Below, piece after piece: positions 1 through 9,140 of a DNA stretch of 64,000 nt. A program made the position numbers and the translations under genes. The stretch's first letter is position 1; every line of letters starts with the position of its first letter. The notes beneath the pieces were generated by a model. It did no database searches, was not told the DNA's origin, and worked only from the letters and a program-made list of their open reading frames with translations. This DNA comes from Deltaproteobacteria bacterium. Lineage in GTDB: Bacteria; Myxococcota_A; UBA9042; PHBI01; JACKFB01. The stretch lies in contig JACKFB010000015.1 of the NCBI GenBank assembly GCA_020632695.1, forward strand, positions 1,291 through 65,290, read 5' to 3'.

Positions 1-471
1 GGCCTGGACGCCTCGGCGCCCGCCCGCGCGCGCCTGCTGGACCTCTACGCCGGCACCGGCACCATCGGACTCGCCCTGGCGCCGCTCTGCCGCGAGGTCA
101 TCGGCATCGAGCTGGTCGCCGACGCCGTCGAGAACGCCCGCGCCAACGCCCGCGCCAACGGCATCACCAACGCGCGCTTCGTCTGCGGCGACGTCTCGGA
201 GGCGCTCGGCGCCGAGGGCCTCGACCAGCCGGGCGCCGCCGACCTGGTGGTGGTGGACCCGCCCCGAGCCGGGCTGATGGGCGGCGCCGTCGAGGCGCTC
301 ACCCGCATCGCCGCCCCGCGCCTGGTCTACGTCTCCTGCAACCCCGCGTCGCTGGCGCGCGACCTGGGCCCCCTGCGGGCCGCCGGCTTCCGCCTGCGCT
401 CGGTGCAGCCCGTCGACATGTTCCCGCAGACCGCCCACGTCGAGAACGTGGCGCTGCTCGAGCGCGACTGA
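1..471 (+). CDS. SAM-dependent RNA (uracil-5)-methyltransferase, TrmA/RlmD (RumA) family; C-terminal part, 5' end outside window
   Basis: Frame 1 is open from nt 1; the track only shows the internal Met at 247. The translation reads ...LLDLYAGTGTIGLALAPLCREVIGIELV...DLVVVDPPRAGLMG...LVYVSCNPASLARDL...VDMFPQTAHVENVALLERD. It has the SAM-binding G-x-G motif, DPPR-x-G and the catalytic SCNP motif of m5U methyltransferases. Stop TGA at 469-471. Confidence 0.8.
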   Translation, partial: GLDASAPARARLLDLYAGTGTIGLALAPLCREVIGIELVADAVENARANARANGITNARFVCGDVSEALGAEGLDQPGAADLVVVDPPRAGLMGGAVEALTRIAAPRLVYVSCNPASLARDLGPLRAAGFRLRSVQPVDMFPQTAHVENVALLERD

Positions 472-520
472 ACCCACGCTCCGCTCGCCTCGAGCCGCCG
501 CGCTGCGCTATGAGGACGCG

Positions 521-1582
521 ATGCGCCCGCCAACCATCCGTCCGCTGCTCGTCGCGCTGCTGCTCTCGCTGCCCTGCTGCGCCGAGCGCTCCCCCCTGGT
601 CACCGACGGCGGCGAGGCCGACGGGCGCCCCGACACCTCGCGCCCCGACATCGGCGAGTTGGGCGGGCCCCAAGGCTTCGGGGACGCCGAGCGCCCGCGG
701 ATCGATGTGCCGTCGGGCGACGCCGGGGCCGACCCGGGCCCCGAGCTGCCCACCGGCCCGGCACCGCCCGTGACCGTCGCCACCTGGAACCTGCGGGACT
801 TCTCGCCCTACGGCGCGCAGGAGTCGCGCCTGGACCACATCGCCCAGCAGCTCGCCGCGCTCGACGCCGACATCATCGGGGTGCAGGAGCTGGAGGCCCG
901 CGAGGGATCCGACGGCTCGCCGCCTCAGGCCTGGGATGCGCTGCTCGACCGGCTCCCGGCGTACGAGGGGGTGCATGCGCCGTGGAACCTGCAGGACTCG
1001 GTGGTGGGGCTGCTCGTGCGGCGCGACACCGTGCGCGTCCTCGCCGCCAAGCCGATCTTCGTCGGCGACTGGTGGCCCTTCCCGCGCGCGCCGCTGGACG
1101 CCACCTTGTCGGTCGAGAAGCCGGAAGGCACGGTGCTGCTCCACGTCGTGGTGATCCACCTGAAGGCCTTCGGCGACTCGGAGAGCCTGAGCCGCCGCCG
1201 GGAGGCCTGCACCAAGCTGGCGGGCGCGCTGGGCGGCCGCGGCGACGCGCGCTACGTGCTCGTCGGAGACTTCAACGACTCGCCGCACGACCCGGCGCCG
1301 GAGAGCGCCTTCGTGGGCACTCTGTTGGGGGTCGAGCCGGTCTGGACCTTCGTGACCGCCGCGCTGCCGCCGACCACCGTGAGCAGCACCGGCGGCTCCC
1401 ACGAGGTGGACGGCCAGGTGATCGAGGGCGGGCTGCTCGATCAGATCGTCGTCGACGAGACGGTGACCGACCTCTACCCGGCGCCGGTGGCCGAGGTGAT
1501 CGCACGCCCGGTCGCCGAGTACGACGCCTGGCGGGCGGGCTGGTCGGACCACTTCCCGGTGATCCTGCACCTCACGCCCTGA
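521..1582 (+). CDS. secreted/lipid-anchored endonuclease/exonuclease/phosphatase (EEP, DNase I-like fold) family protein
   Basis: 353-aa ORF with the signal-like N-terminus MRPPTIRPLLVALLLSLPCC. EEP motifs present: TVATWNLRDF, IIGVQELE, YVLVGDFND, WSDHFPVILHL. Confidence 0.75.
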   Translation: MRPPTIRPLLVALLLSLPCCAERSPLVTDGGEADGRPDTSRPDIGELGGPQGFGDAERPRIDVPSGDAGADPGPELPTGPAPPVTVATWNLRDFSPYGAQESRLDHIAQQLAALDADIIGVQELEAREGSDGSPPQAWDALLDRLPAYEGVHAPWNLQDSVVGLLVRRDTVRVLAAKPIFVGDWWPFPRAPLDATLSVEKPEGTVLLHVVVIHLKAFGDSESLSRRREACTKLAGALGGRGDARYVLVGDFNDSPHDPAPESAFVGTLLGVEPVWTFVTAALPPTTVSSTGGSHEVDGQVIEGGLLDQIVVDETVTDLYPAPVAEVIARPVAEYDAWRAGWSDHFPVILHLTP

Positions 1583-1685
1583 GGCGGCGCGGGGCGTCCC
1601 AGCCCGGCGCGGGCCGGATGACCGGTCTCCCTGCGCGGCACGCCCTCAGGCAGCGCGGGAGGCCAGGGCCCCACCGCGCCTCGGC

Positions 1686-2849
1686 TCAGGGGAGGATCGG
1701 CTCGAGGGCGCTCTGGCAGGTCCAGTACTCGGCGGCCTCCATCGCGCCCGTGCCGTACGAGCTGACGGCGTCGAGCTCGACGTCCTTGCCTCGCACCGCG
1801 TGCTGGAGCGAGCCGGCCAGCTCGAACTGGCCGAGATAGGTGAGGTCGTCGGAGCGCGTGGTCATCGAGAGGCCGCGATACTCGGCCACCGCGCCCGTCA
1901 GGCTCAGCTCCAGCGCCTGGCCGGAGGCGAGGGCGCCCACGGTCGCCCGGGCGACCTCCACGTCGTAGGCCACGTGGACGCCGTTTCGGAACTCGTCGAG
2001 GGCCGCGCGGGCCGAGAGCTGCATGCGAGTCAGCGAGGCGAAGGGGCCCAGGCGGGCGTCGGCCGCCGCGCCGTAGGTGGTGTCGGCGACGAGATCGGAG
2101 AGCGAGACGGTGATCGAGAAGACGTGGGGCAGCGGCTGCCCGTCGGCCAGCAGGCCGGCCAGCGGGCCCTCGGACTGCCACTGGAAGGTGAAGGTGGAGC
2201 GGAGGCTCCAGTTCTGGAGCATGTCGTCCAGCGGCTTCGACGAGCGGACCTGCACCCCGCCCAGATAGCTCTGCAGCGTGAAGGGGTCGGCGTGGATGGT
2301 CTGGCCGCTCAGGCCATCGTGGAAGAGCACGGTCATCGCGGGCGCGGCCGCGGCGCTGAGGTTGCGCTGCAGCCGCCAGGCGCCGCCGGTGCCGGCCGTG
2401 AAGTCGAAGCGGGCGGTCATGCCGGCGAAGCGGCCGAAGTCGACCAGGTTCTCGAAGGCCCCGTCGTCCGGGTGCAGCAGCGAGACGTTCTCGAGGATCA
2501 GGCCGGCGATGAGGCCGCGCCCCAGCTCGCTGGTGGCGTGGGCGTAGGCGGCGATGTCCCGCTGGGCGGCGCGGGTCACGGTGTGCAGGGCGACGGCGTC
2601 GGCCCACACCTCCCCGTCGGCGGGGGCGCACCCGGCGGGCGGGGGCGTCTCGGGAGCCCACAGGGTGCTGACCTCACGCGCGCTGAGCGAGGGGTCGATG
2701 ATCGGCTGGGCGCCCGGGTCCTCGTGCTGTGCGCAGAGATCCGACAGGGCGTCGCCGAAGAGCACGTCGCCCGCGTCGGCGATGCAGCCGACGCCCAGGA
2801 GCGCCGGGACCGAGAGCGCGCAGAGCAGCGCGAGAGCAGGGGCTCGCAT
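1686..2849 (-). CDS. hypothetical lipoprotein
   Basis: The track ORF is 1686-2921. I start it at the internal ATG 2849 because GAAGGTG lies about 6 nt upstream and it gives the lipoprotein signal MRAPALALLCALSVPALLGVGC. GC3 is high throughout. No catalytic motif recognised. Confidence 0.6.
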   Translation of the reverse strand: MRAPALALLCALSVPALLGVGCIADAGDVLFGDALSDLCAQHEDPGAQPIIDPSLSAREVSTLWAPETPPPAGCAPADGEVWADAVALHTVTRAAQRDIAAYAHATSELGRGLIAGLILENVSLLHPDDGAFENLVDFGRFAGMTARFDFTAGTGGAWRLQRNLSAAAAPAMTVLFHDGLSGQTIHADPFTLQSYLGGVQVRSSKPLDDMLQNWSLRSTFTFQWQSEGPLAGLLADGQPLPHVFSITVSLSDLVADTTYGAAADARLGPFASLTRMQLSARAALDEFRNGVHVAYDVEVARATVGALASGQALELSLTGAVAEYRGLSMTTRSDDLTYLGQFELAGSLQHAVRGKDVELDAVSSYGTGAMEAAEYWTCQSALEPILP

Positions 2850-3100
2850 GGGAACACCTTCGTGCCGTGGGTTCGCCAGACTCGGATCGGCGCCGGTGGG
2901 TCGATCGCAAATCCCTTCCATGATAGCCCGAACAGGCTTGTGAACGAAAGGACGGCGCGCTCGTGGCGGCGCCCGGGCGGAGTGGGAGGCGGCGCCCGAC
3001 AGCGGGGCGCAGGCCGGTGCAGAGGACGCGCGGGAGCTGCAGCCGCGCCCGGGCGGGTCTGGCGCAGGGCCGGGTCCGCGAGCCGACGAAGGAGCCCATC

Positions 3101-3538
3101 GTGCTGGACGTGAACACGACGATGCTGATCAGCGCGCCCCCCGCCGAGGTGTGGCGCGCGATCACGGACCTGGGCGGGCACGACGCGTGGAACCCGCTGA
3201 TGCGACGCTTCTCGGGCGGCCTCGAGCCCGGCGGGCGTATCCGGTTCTCCATCCGCCTCGGGCCGGTGTGGTTGCCGGTGTCGGCCCGGGTGATGACGGT
3301 CGACGCGGAGCGCGAGCTGCGCTGGGCGGGGCCGGCGCTCTCGGCGGCGCACCCGCTGGCGCGCGGCGAGCACTGGTTCCGGCTGAGCGCCGACGCCGAC
3401 GGGGGCACGCGCTTCGATCACGGCGAGCGCTGGTCGGGGCTGGTGCCGCGGGCGCTGTGGCGGGTCATCGGGCCGCCGCTTCACGAGGGCTACGAGGCGA
3501 TGAACCGGGCGCTGGCGCGGCGGGTCCAGGCGGGCTGA
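3101..3538 (+). CDS. SRPBCC (START/polyketide-cyclase-like) domain protein
   Basis: The track ORF is 2963-3538. GTG 3101 is preceded by GAAGGAG (3087-3093). VLDVNTTMLISAPPAEVWRAITDLGGHDAWNPLM... is the typical N-terminal strand-helix of SRPBCC proteins. Length about 145 aa. Confidence 0.6.
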   Translation: MLDVNTTMLISAPPAEVWRAITDLGGHDAWNPLMRRFSGGLEPGGRIRFSIRLGPVWLPVSARVMTVDAERELRWAGPALSAAHPLARGEHWFRLSADADGGTRFDHGERWSGLVPRALWRVIGPPLHEGYEAMNRALARRVQAG

Positions 3539-3587
3539 GCCGCCTGGCGGGTGCTCCGGACCGAGCGAGGCGCCGGCGATGACCTCG

Positions 3588-4448
3588 TCAGCTCGGCGGC
3601 TCGAGCAGCGGGCGGAGCTGCTCGGGACCCACCTCGTACTGGCGGCCGCAGAAGTCGCAGGCGACGTCCAGGACCTCGCCCTTGGCGACGATGGTGCTCA
3701 GCTCGTCGCGTCCCAGGGTGGCCATGGCGCCGACCAGGCGCTCGGGGCTGCACACGCAGCCGAAGTGCACCGGGGAGTCGTCGAGGAGCGCGTGGGGGAA
3801 GCCGTAGAGCAGCTCGGACATGAGCAGGGCCGGGTCGCCGCCGGTGTGGCGCAGCACGGCGCCGAAGGAGCGGAAGTCCTCCAGGCGCTCGGTCATCACG
3901 GCCAGCGGCGGCTCGGTGAGCTCCGGCAGCAGCTGCACGATGTAGCCGCCGGCCGCCACGACGTGGGCGCCCTCGATGACGGCGCCGACGGCCACCATGG
4001 AGGTCACCTGCTCGGAGGCCTGGAAGTAGTGCATCAGCACGCCGGAGAGGCCGTCCTCGTGCTCGGCGGAGATGATGCCCTGGTGCAGCGAGCCGTTGGG
4101 CATCACGCGCATGGCCTTGAAGATGGCCTTGTCGTCGAAGGTGATGGCGCCGTCGTCGGGCGGATGCTGCACCAGCCCGCGGGTGAGGCCCTCGGGCCGC
4201 GCGTCGGCCACCAGGGCGCCGCCCGCGCCCCCTTGGAGGACGAGCTGGACGCGCAGGCCCGGCGACATGGTCTCGCGCACCAGCACCGAGGCCGTGAGCA
4301 GCTCGCCGAAGGGCACGGCGATGTGGCCCCGCACCTTCTGGGCCTCGATGGCCGCCTGCACGGTGTCGGTCGTGCGCAGGGTGATCACGCGAAAGGCGCC
4401 ATCGTTGGTGATGGCGCGCAGCACGCGGTCGCTGGGGTCGGCGCTCAT
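3588..4448 (-). CDS. hslO: Hsp33 redox-regulated chaperone
   Basis: This is the last 286 codons of track ORF 3588-5516, starting at ATG 4448 (MSADPSDRVLRAITNDGAFRVITLRTTD...). The C-terminal zinc redox switch is present: C-x-C (HFGCVCSPERL) followed by C-x-x-C (ACDFCGRQYEV). The length is typical of Hsp33. Confidence 0.85.
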   Translation of the reverse strand: MSADPSDRVLRAITNDGAFRVITLRTTDTVQAAIEAQKVRGHIAVPFGELLTASVLVRETMSPGLRVQLVLQGGAGGALVADARPEGLTRGLVQHPPDDGAITFDDKAIFKAMRVMPNGSLHQGIISAEHEDGLSGVLMHYFQASEQVTSMVAVGAVIEGAHVVAAGGYIVQLLPELTEPPLAVMTERLEDFRSFGAVLRHTGGDPALLMSELLYGFPHALLDDSPVHFGCVCSPERLVGAMATLGRDELSTIVAKGEVLDVACDFCGRQYEVGPEQLRPLLEPPS

Positions 4449-4655
4449 GCCGTGGCTCCTCGGCGGGCAGGGGCCAGCGAGGTTGCCCGAGCCGCGAGCC
4501 CCGCGCAACGACGAGGGCGCAGGGCGGGCGGGTCGGAGGCCCGGGGCCCGACGGTTACCGCTGGCGGGCCGACCGGAACGGGATCGGAAGCGGCGCCTCC
4601 GGTAGGGTACTGCACCGCTCCACGAACCCCGGGGCCTCCAAGGAGCCGCCGCCTC

Positions 4656-6437
4656 ATGCGCTCGCGCTGCAGCCACCTGTCCATGGTCCTCCTCCTCGCC
4701 TGCTCGCTGGCGGGGTGCGCGTCCTCCTCCGAAGCGGGCGCTGCCGGTGACGAGGGCGCGGATCTCGCCGATGTCGCCGTCGACACGACGACCGACGCGC
4801 CCGCCGCGCCCTCGGACGCGATCCCGGGCGAGCTGGACGACACCGGCGCCTGCGTGTGCCCCAAGCGGATGCACTGCGACGAGCGGGGCCTGTGCCAGCC
4901 CGACGTCTGCACCAAGGGAGAGGCGACCTGCGCGTCGTTGACCGCGGCCAAGCTGTGCTCGGCCGACGGCGGCAGCTTCACCGAGGTCCCCTGCCAGGGC
5001 GACGGCGTCTGTTTCGGCGGCATCTGCTGGGACCCCGTCTGCACGCCGGGCGAGGTCGCCGGCTGCGACGGCCCGCGCGTGCTGCGCTGCAACTCGCTGG
5101 GCATCGACTGGATCGGGCTGCCCTGCGCCGCCGGGCAGGCCTGCCAGGGTGGATCCTGCCGCGACGTGGTGCCCAACGTGCTGATCCTCCTGGACACCTC
5201 CGGGTCGATGAACTGGCGCACCGACATCAGCGCCGCCCCCACGGCCTGCTCGGGCCCCTCCTGCGACCCGCCCTGGTCCTTCCCCAACTGCGACAGCGGC
5301 ACCCTGCCGCGCACCGGCCTCGGCAAGGCCAAGCGCGCCCTGGCCGACCTGCTGGTGAGCCCGACGGCCGCCAACCTGCGCCTGGCCCTGCAGCGCTTCC
5401 CGCAGCAGCCCTTCAGCGCCGACCTCTTCCTGGGCAGCGCGCCCACCTGCGACGGCGGCGGGCTGTGGGCGGCGCCGACCAACGGCGCCCTGGTCAGCGG
5501 CGACAACGGCGCGCACGTCACCAACGAGGCCGGCTGGTTCGGGCAGGCCATCGGCGAGATCCTGCCGGTCCCCTTCGCCGCCGACGCCCAGTCGAACCTG
5601 GGTGAGATGGCCCGCTGGGTGGACTTCATCGAGGCGAGCACGCCCACCGGCGCCTCTTGCGCCATCAGCCCGCAGTGCGGCGCGGGCGGCGTGTGCATCA
5701 ACGGCGCCTGCCAGACGATGTCGAACCCGGAGCTGCGGGCCGTGGGCGCCACGCCGCTGGGCAAGAGCCTGTTCTACGCCGGCGAGATCTTCCGGCAGCG
5801 GGTGCTGGTCGAGGGCAAGCCGTGCACGGACACGGCGTCGTGCGGCTCACCGCACCACGTATGCATCGGCGGGGCCTGCCACGACCCGCTGGCCGACTGC
5901 CGCAGCAACGTCATCATCGTGTTCACCGACGGCGAGGAGACCGAGAACGTCCACGTCACCGACTTCTTCCACCCGCGGGTGCAGGCCAAGCGGCTGCACT
6001 ACGGTCTGGGCTGCGGGAGCGACACGGACTGCGTCGGGGGGGCGCGCTGCAAGGACGGCGTGTGCCGGCCGCCGGAGGGTGCAGTCGACGAGACGCAGAA
6101 GGTCTGCGAGACGGGCGAGCTGCCCTGCAACAGCGTGGCCGACTGTCCCGACCCGTGCGCGACGTGGACGGGCTGTCAGGGGCTGTGCACCAAGGCGGGC
6201 GTGGATCTGGTGGAGGGCGCCGGCGCAGACGTGCTGAGGGACGCACGCGGCGAGCCCTTCTCCCTGACCATCCACGTGGTGGACGCGTCGGGGATCCCGG
6301 GCGCCAACAAGCTCATCGGGGCCTACGGCGGCGGGAGCCAGTTCAGCATCGACCTGAGCGACTCGCAGGCCATCCTCGACGTGCTGACCACCATCCTGGG
6401 CGACACCAAGGCCGAGGTGGGCTGCGGCGCGCCCTGA
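4656..6437 (+). CDS. lipoprotein with von Willebrand factor A (VWA) domain interrupted and flanked by Cys-rich modules
   Basis: ATG 4656 lies in frame within track ORF 3579-6437 and is preceded by AAGGAG (4640-4645). Lipobox MVLLLACSLAGC. MIDAS motif LILLDTSGSMNW (around nt 5195) and distal strand VIIVFTDGEETE (around nt 5925). There are many C-x(n)-C modules. Confidence 0.75.
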   Translation: MRSRCSHLSMVLLLACSLAGCASSSEAGAAGDEGADLADVAVDTTTDAPAAPSDAIPGELDDTGACVCPKRMHCDERGLCQPDVCTKGEATCASLTAAKLCSADGGSFTEVPCQGDGVCFGGICWDPVCTPGEVAGCDGPRVLRCNSLGIDWIGLPCAAGQACQGGSCRDVVPNVLILLDTSGSMNWRTDISAAPTACSGPSCDPPWSFPNCDSGTLPRTGLGKAKRALADLLVSPTAANLRLALQRFPQQPFSADLFLGSAPTCDGGGLWAAPTNGALVSGDNGAHVTNEAGWFGQAIGEILPVPFAADAQSNLGEMARWVDFIEASTPTGASCAISPQCGAGGVCINGACQTMSNPELRAVGATPLGKSLFYAGEIFRQRVLVEGKPCTDTASCGSPHHVCIGGACHDPLADCRSNVIIVFTDGEETENVHVTDFFHPRVQAKRLHYGLGCGSDTDCVGGARCKDGVCRPPEGAVDETQKVCETGELPCNSVADCPDPCATWTGCQGLCTKAGVDLVEGAGADVLRDARGEPFSLTIHVVDASGIPGANKLIGAYGGGSQFSIDLSDSQAILDVLTTILGDTKAEVGCGAP

Positions 6438-6447
6438 CTGGGAGCGC

Positions 6448-7956
6448 TCACCCTTCGGCGTCGCTCTCGTCCTCGAGCACGTGGTGGCGCCGCCCGATGG
6501 CGATGGCGGTGATCAGCCAGCACACCGCCAGCACCATCGCGACGATGACGAAGTGGCGGATGCCGAAGGCCAGCGAGGTGCCCACCCAGACCACCAGCGC
6601 CTGGAGCACGTCGCCCGCGCGCTTCATCACCGTGTCGATGAAGGCCTTGGCCTTGTACTTGGCGGCGCGGCTCGTCACCAAGAAGAGCGCCTGCTGGGCG
6701 GTGTTCTGCAGCGAGTAGTCGATGGAGTTCTCGGCGATCTTGGCGACGCGCGCGACCGCCAGCACCGGCAGCACCAGGATGGCGCCGTAGCCGATGAGCG
6801 CGATGGTCGGCAGCACCATGATGGCGACGCGCACGCCGACGTAGCGGAGGATGCGGCTGACCAGGAAGAGCTGGATGCCGGCGCCGAGCGCGTTCACCCA
6901 GGTGAAGAAGGTCGCGTAGAAGTCGCCGATGTAGGTCTTCTCGAAGCCCTCGCGGAAGGCGGACTCGGCCATGGTGGCGGCGGCACGTCCGGCCTCCCAC
7001 GCTGCGGCCGAGGCCTCGTGGGCGGCGCCCTCGACCATGCGGCTGAGGATGTACTCGCCGGTGGAGTTGACCCAGTTCAGCAGCAGGACCAGCAGGGCGA
7101 TGAGCAGGAGATAGCGGTCGCGACGGATGAGGGTGAGGGCGGTGGGGCCGCCGATGCGGTCGGGGACGGGCTGCTCGGCGCTGGCCTCGCGTGGCTCGAC
7201 GTCGCCCGCGCGCTTGTCGGCGAAGGCGGTGAGCGCCAGGGCCACCAGGAGGATGCCGGCGGCGTAGAGCATGAGGCGGTAGAGCGAGCGGTCGGCGCCG
7301 TCGGCCGTGGCGGAGGGGTCGATGAGCAGGTCGGCGAGCTTGGAGCCGAAGACGGCGCCCGCGCTGGCGCCGATGCCGACGATGGCGAAGAGGCGCTTGC
7401 CCTGGGCGGGGGTGTAGAGGTCGTTGGCGAAGCTCCAGAACTGCGCCAGGACGCTGACGCTGAACACCCCCACCCAGAGGAAGAACACGAAGCCGATGGG
7501 GACGTCCCAGAGCGCCAGGAAGTAGAAGAGGACCAGGTTGGAGGCGAAGAAGAGCCAGGAGGTGGCCATCAGGCGCAGCCTGCCGAAGCGGCGCGCCATC
7601 ACGTCGATGGCCTTGACGACGCCGATGAGCAGCACGGCCTGGCCCGCGGCCGCGTAGCTCTTGAGCTCGGCGCCGCCGCCGACCAGGATCAGCGGCTCGC
7701 GGACGACCTTCACCAGATAGTAGGCGACCAGGACGAGGAACACGTCGAGGGCGAGCACGGTGACCAGCAGGCCCTCGCCCGCGCGCACCTCGGCGAAGAG
7801 GGCGAGGAAGCGCTCGAAGAGGGACTTCTTGCCATTGGGGGACGCGGCCAGGGGACGGACTCGTTTCGGCGCGAGGGCCGGGCAGGGCGCGAGCAGCGAT
7901 GGAAGCACGGGGTATGGTGATTGGCCAGCCCTTGATCCGCGGCGCCGGGTGGGCAA
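6448..7956 (-). CDS. TLC / Npt-type (ATP:ADP antiporter-like) MFS membrane transporter
   Basis: 502-aa polytopic ORF. FFLWVGVFSVSVLAQFWSFANDLYTPAQGKRLFAIVGIGASAGAVFGS matches the FW-x-FAN...(A/G)KR(F/L)(Y/F)...G-x-GA signature region of the TLC nucleotide-transporter family. The start is uncertain: ATG 7956 has no SD, and the conserved part begins near KKSLFERFLALF. Confidence 0.6.
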   Translation of the reverse strand: MPTRRRGSRAGQSPYPVLPSLLAPCPALAPKRVRPLAASPNGKKSLFERFLALFAEVRAGEGLLVTVLALDVFLVLVAYYLVKVVREPLILVGGGAELKSYAAAGQAVLLIGVVKAIDVMARRFGRLRLMATSWLFFASNLVLFYFLALWDVPIGFVFFLWVGVFSVSVLAQFWSFANDLYTPAQGKRLFAIVGIGASAGAVFGSKLADLLIDPSATADGADRSLYRLMLYAAGILLVALALTAFADKRAGDVEPREASAEQPVPDRIGGPTALTLIRRDRYLLLIALLVLLLNWVNSTGEYILSRMVEGAAHEASAAAWEAGRAAATMAESAFREGFEKTYIGDFYATFFTWVNALGAGIQLFLVSRILRYVGVRVAIMVLPTIALIGYGAILVLPVLAVARVAKIAENSIDYSLQNTAQQALFLVTSRAAKYKAKAFIDTVMKRAGDVLQALVVWVGTSLAFGIRHFVIVAMVLAVCWLITAIAIGRRHHVLEDESDAEG

Positions 7957-7985
7957 CCGTGGGGAGACGGACGAGGGAGCGGACG

Positions 7986-9140
7986 ATGGCCTGGCTGATC
8001 GCGGGCGGAGGGATCGGAGGGCTCGCGGCGGCGATCGCGCTCCGGCGCGCGGGGCGCGAGGTGCAGATCTTCGAGCGGGCCGACGACGTGCGGGCGTCGG
8101 GGCAGGGGATCACGGTCTCGGTCAACGCGATGGTGGCGCTGGGCGAGCTGGGGCTGGCCGACGCGGTGCTGGCGGCGGGCGTGCGGCTGAGCGGGGCGGA
8201 GCTGCGACGCGCCGACGGCAGGGCGCTGATGCCGCTGCACATGGACGCGATGGAGGCGGCGCACGGGATGCCCTCGGTGGGCATCCTGCGGGGCGCGCTG
8301 CTGGGGGTGATGCTGGAGGCGATCGGCGCGGAGCGGGTGCGGACATCGGCGCGCTGCGTGGGCTACCGGATGGACGGCGAGGGCGTGGCGATGCGGCTGG
8401 CCGGCGGCGAGGAGGTGCGGGGCGAGGCGCTCATCGGCGCCGACGGCGCGGGGTCGGCGGTGCGGGCACAGCTTCTGGGCGAGGCGGCGCCGCGCTACGC
8501 GGGCTACACCTGCTGGCGCGGCCTGGCGGACGTGGCCGGTGAGGAGCTGGGCGAGGGCGGCTTCTTCGAGATGTGGGGCCGGGGGGCGCGTTTCGGCGGC
8601 ATCCCGGTGTCGGCCGACCGGTTCTTCTGGTACGCGGCGGCCAACGCACCGCGCCGCGGCCGCGACGAGGCAGGCGAGGTGATCCCGAGGCTGCGGGCGC
8701 GCTTCGCCGGCTTCGCCGAGCCGGTGGCCACGCTGCTCGCCCGCACGGCGCCCGAGGGGGTGTTGCGCACCGATATCGAGGACCGCCCGCCCACGGCGCG
8801 GTGGGGCGAGGGGCCGGTCACCCTGCTGGGGGACGCGGCGCACGCGATGACGCCGAACATGGGCCAGGGCGCCAGCCAGGCGCTGGAGGACGCCGTGACG
8901 CTGGGCCGCTGCGCCGAGGGCGCGGTGGCCGTGGCGCCGGCGCTCCGCGACTACGAGCGCGCGCGGCGGGCACGCGCGGCGGGCTTCGTCCACGCGTCGT
9001 GGTGGGCCGGGCGGGTGGCCCAGTGGGAGGGCGGTCTGGCGTGTGCCGCTCGGGACGCGGCGATGCGGGTGGTGCCGCGCGCGCTGATGCGCGAGCTGAC
9101 GGTGCGGGCCGCGGCCATGACGCGGGTGGGGCCCAGGTGA
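7986..9140 (+). CDS. FAD-dependent aromatic-ring monooxygenase (UbiH/salicylate hydroxylase-like, FAD_binding_3)
   Basis: ATG 7986 lies within track ORF 7899-9140. MAWLIAGGGIGGLAAAIALRRAGREVQIFER is a GxGxxG dinucleotide fold. VTLLGDAAHAMTPNMGQGASQALEDA is the conserved FAD/substrate motif. Confidence 0.8.
   Translation: MAWLIAGGGIGGLAAAIALRRAGREVQIFERADDVRASGQGITVSVNAMVALGELGLADAVLAAGVRLSGAELRRADGRALMPLHMDAMEAAHGMPSVGILRGALLGVMLEAIGAERVRTSARCVGYRMDGEGVAMRLAGGEEVRGEALIGADGAGSAVRAQLLGEAAPRYAGYTCWRGLADVAGEELGEGGFFEMWGRGARFGGIPVSADRFFWYAAANAPRRGRDEAGEVIPRLRARFAGFAEPVATLLARTAPEGVLRTDIEDRPPTARWGEGPVTLLGDAAHAMTPNMGQGASQALEDAVTLGRCAEGAVAVAPALRDYERARRARAAGFVHASWWAGRVAQWEGGLACAARDAAMRVVPRALMRELTVRAAAMTRVGPR

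Noticed and set aside
299-1570. 423-aa minus-strand ORF and other overlapping ORFs at 0.3-2.7 kb (e.g. 1474-2661, 1800-3113)
   Set aside because: They overlap the EEP gene and the lipoprotein gene on opposite strands or in other frames. Their translations are Arg/Gly-rich shadow sequence.
3579-4655. N-terminal 359 codons of track ORF 3579-6437, and likewise the 5' extensions of 3588-5516, 39363-44057, 44962-47766, 47736-50447, 29114-32050 and 61015-63141
   Set aside because: In each case the extension is antisense to, or out of frame with, a well-supported neighbouring gene. An internal start with an SD and a signal peptide or conserved N-terminus gives a protein of normal length.
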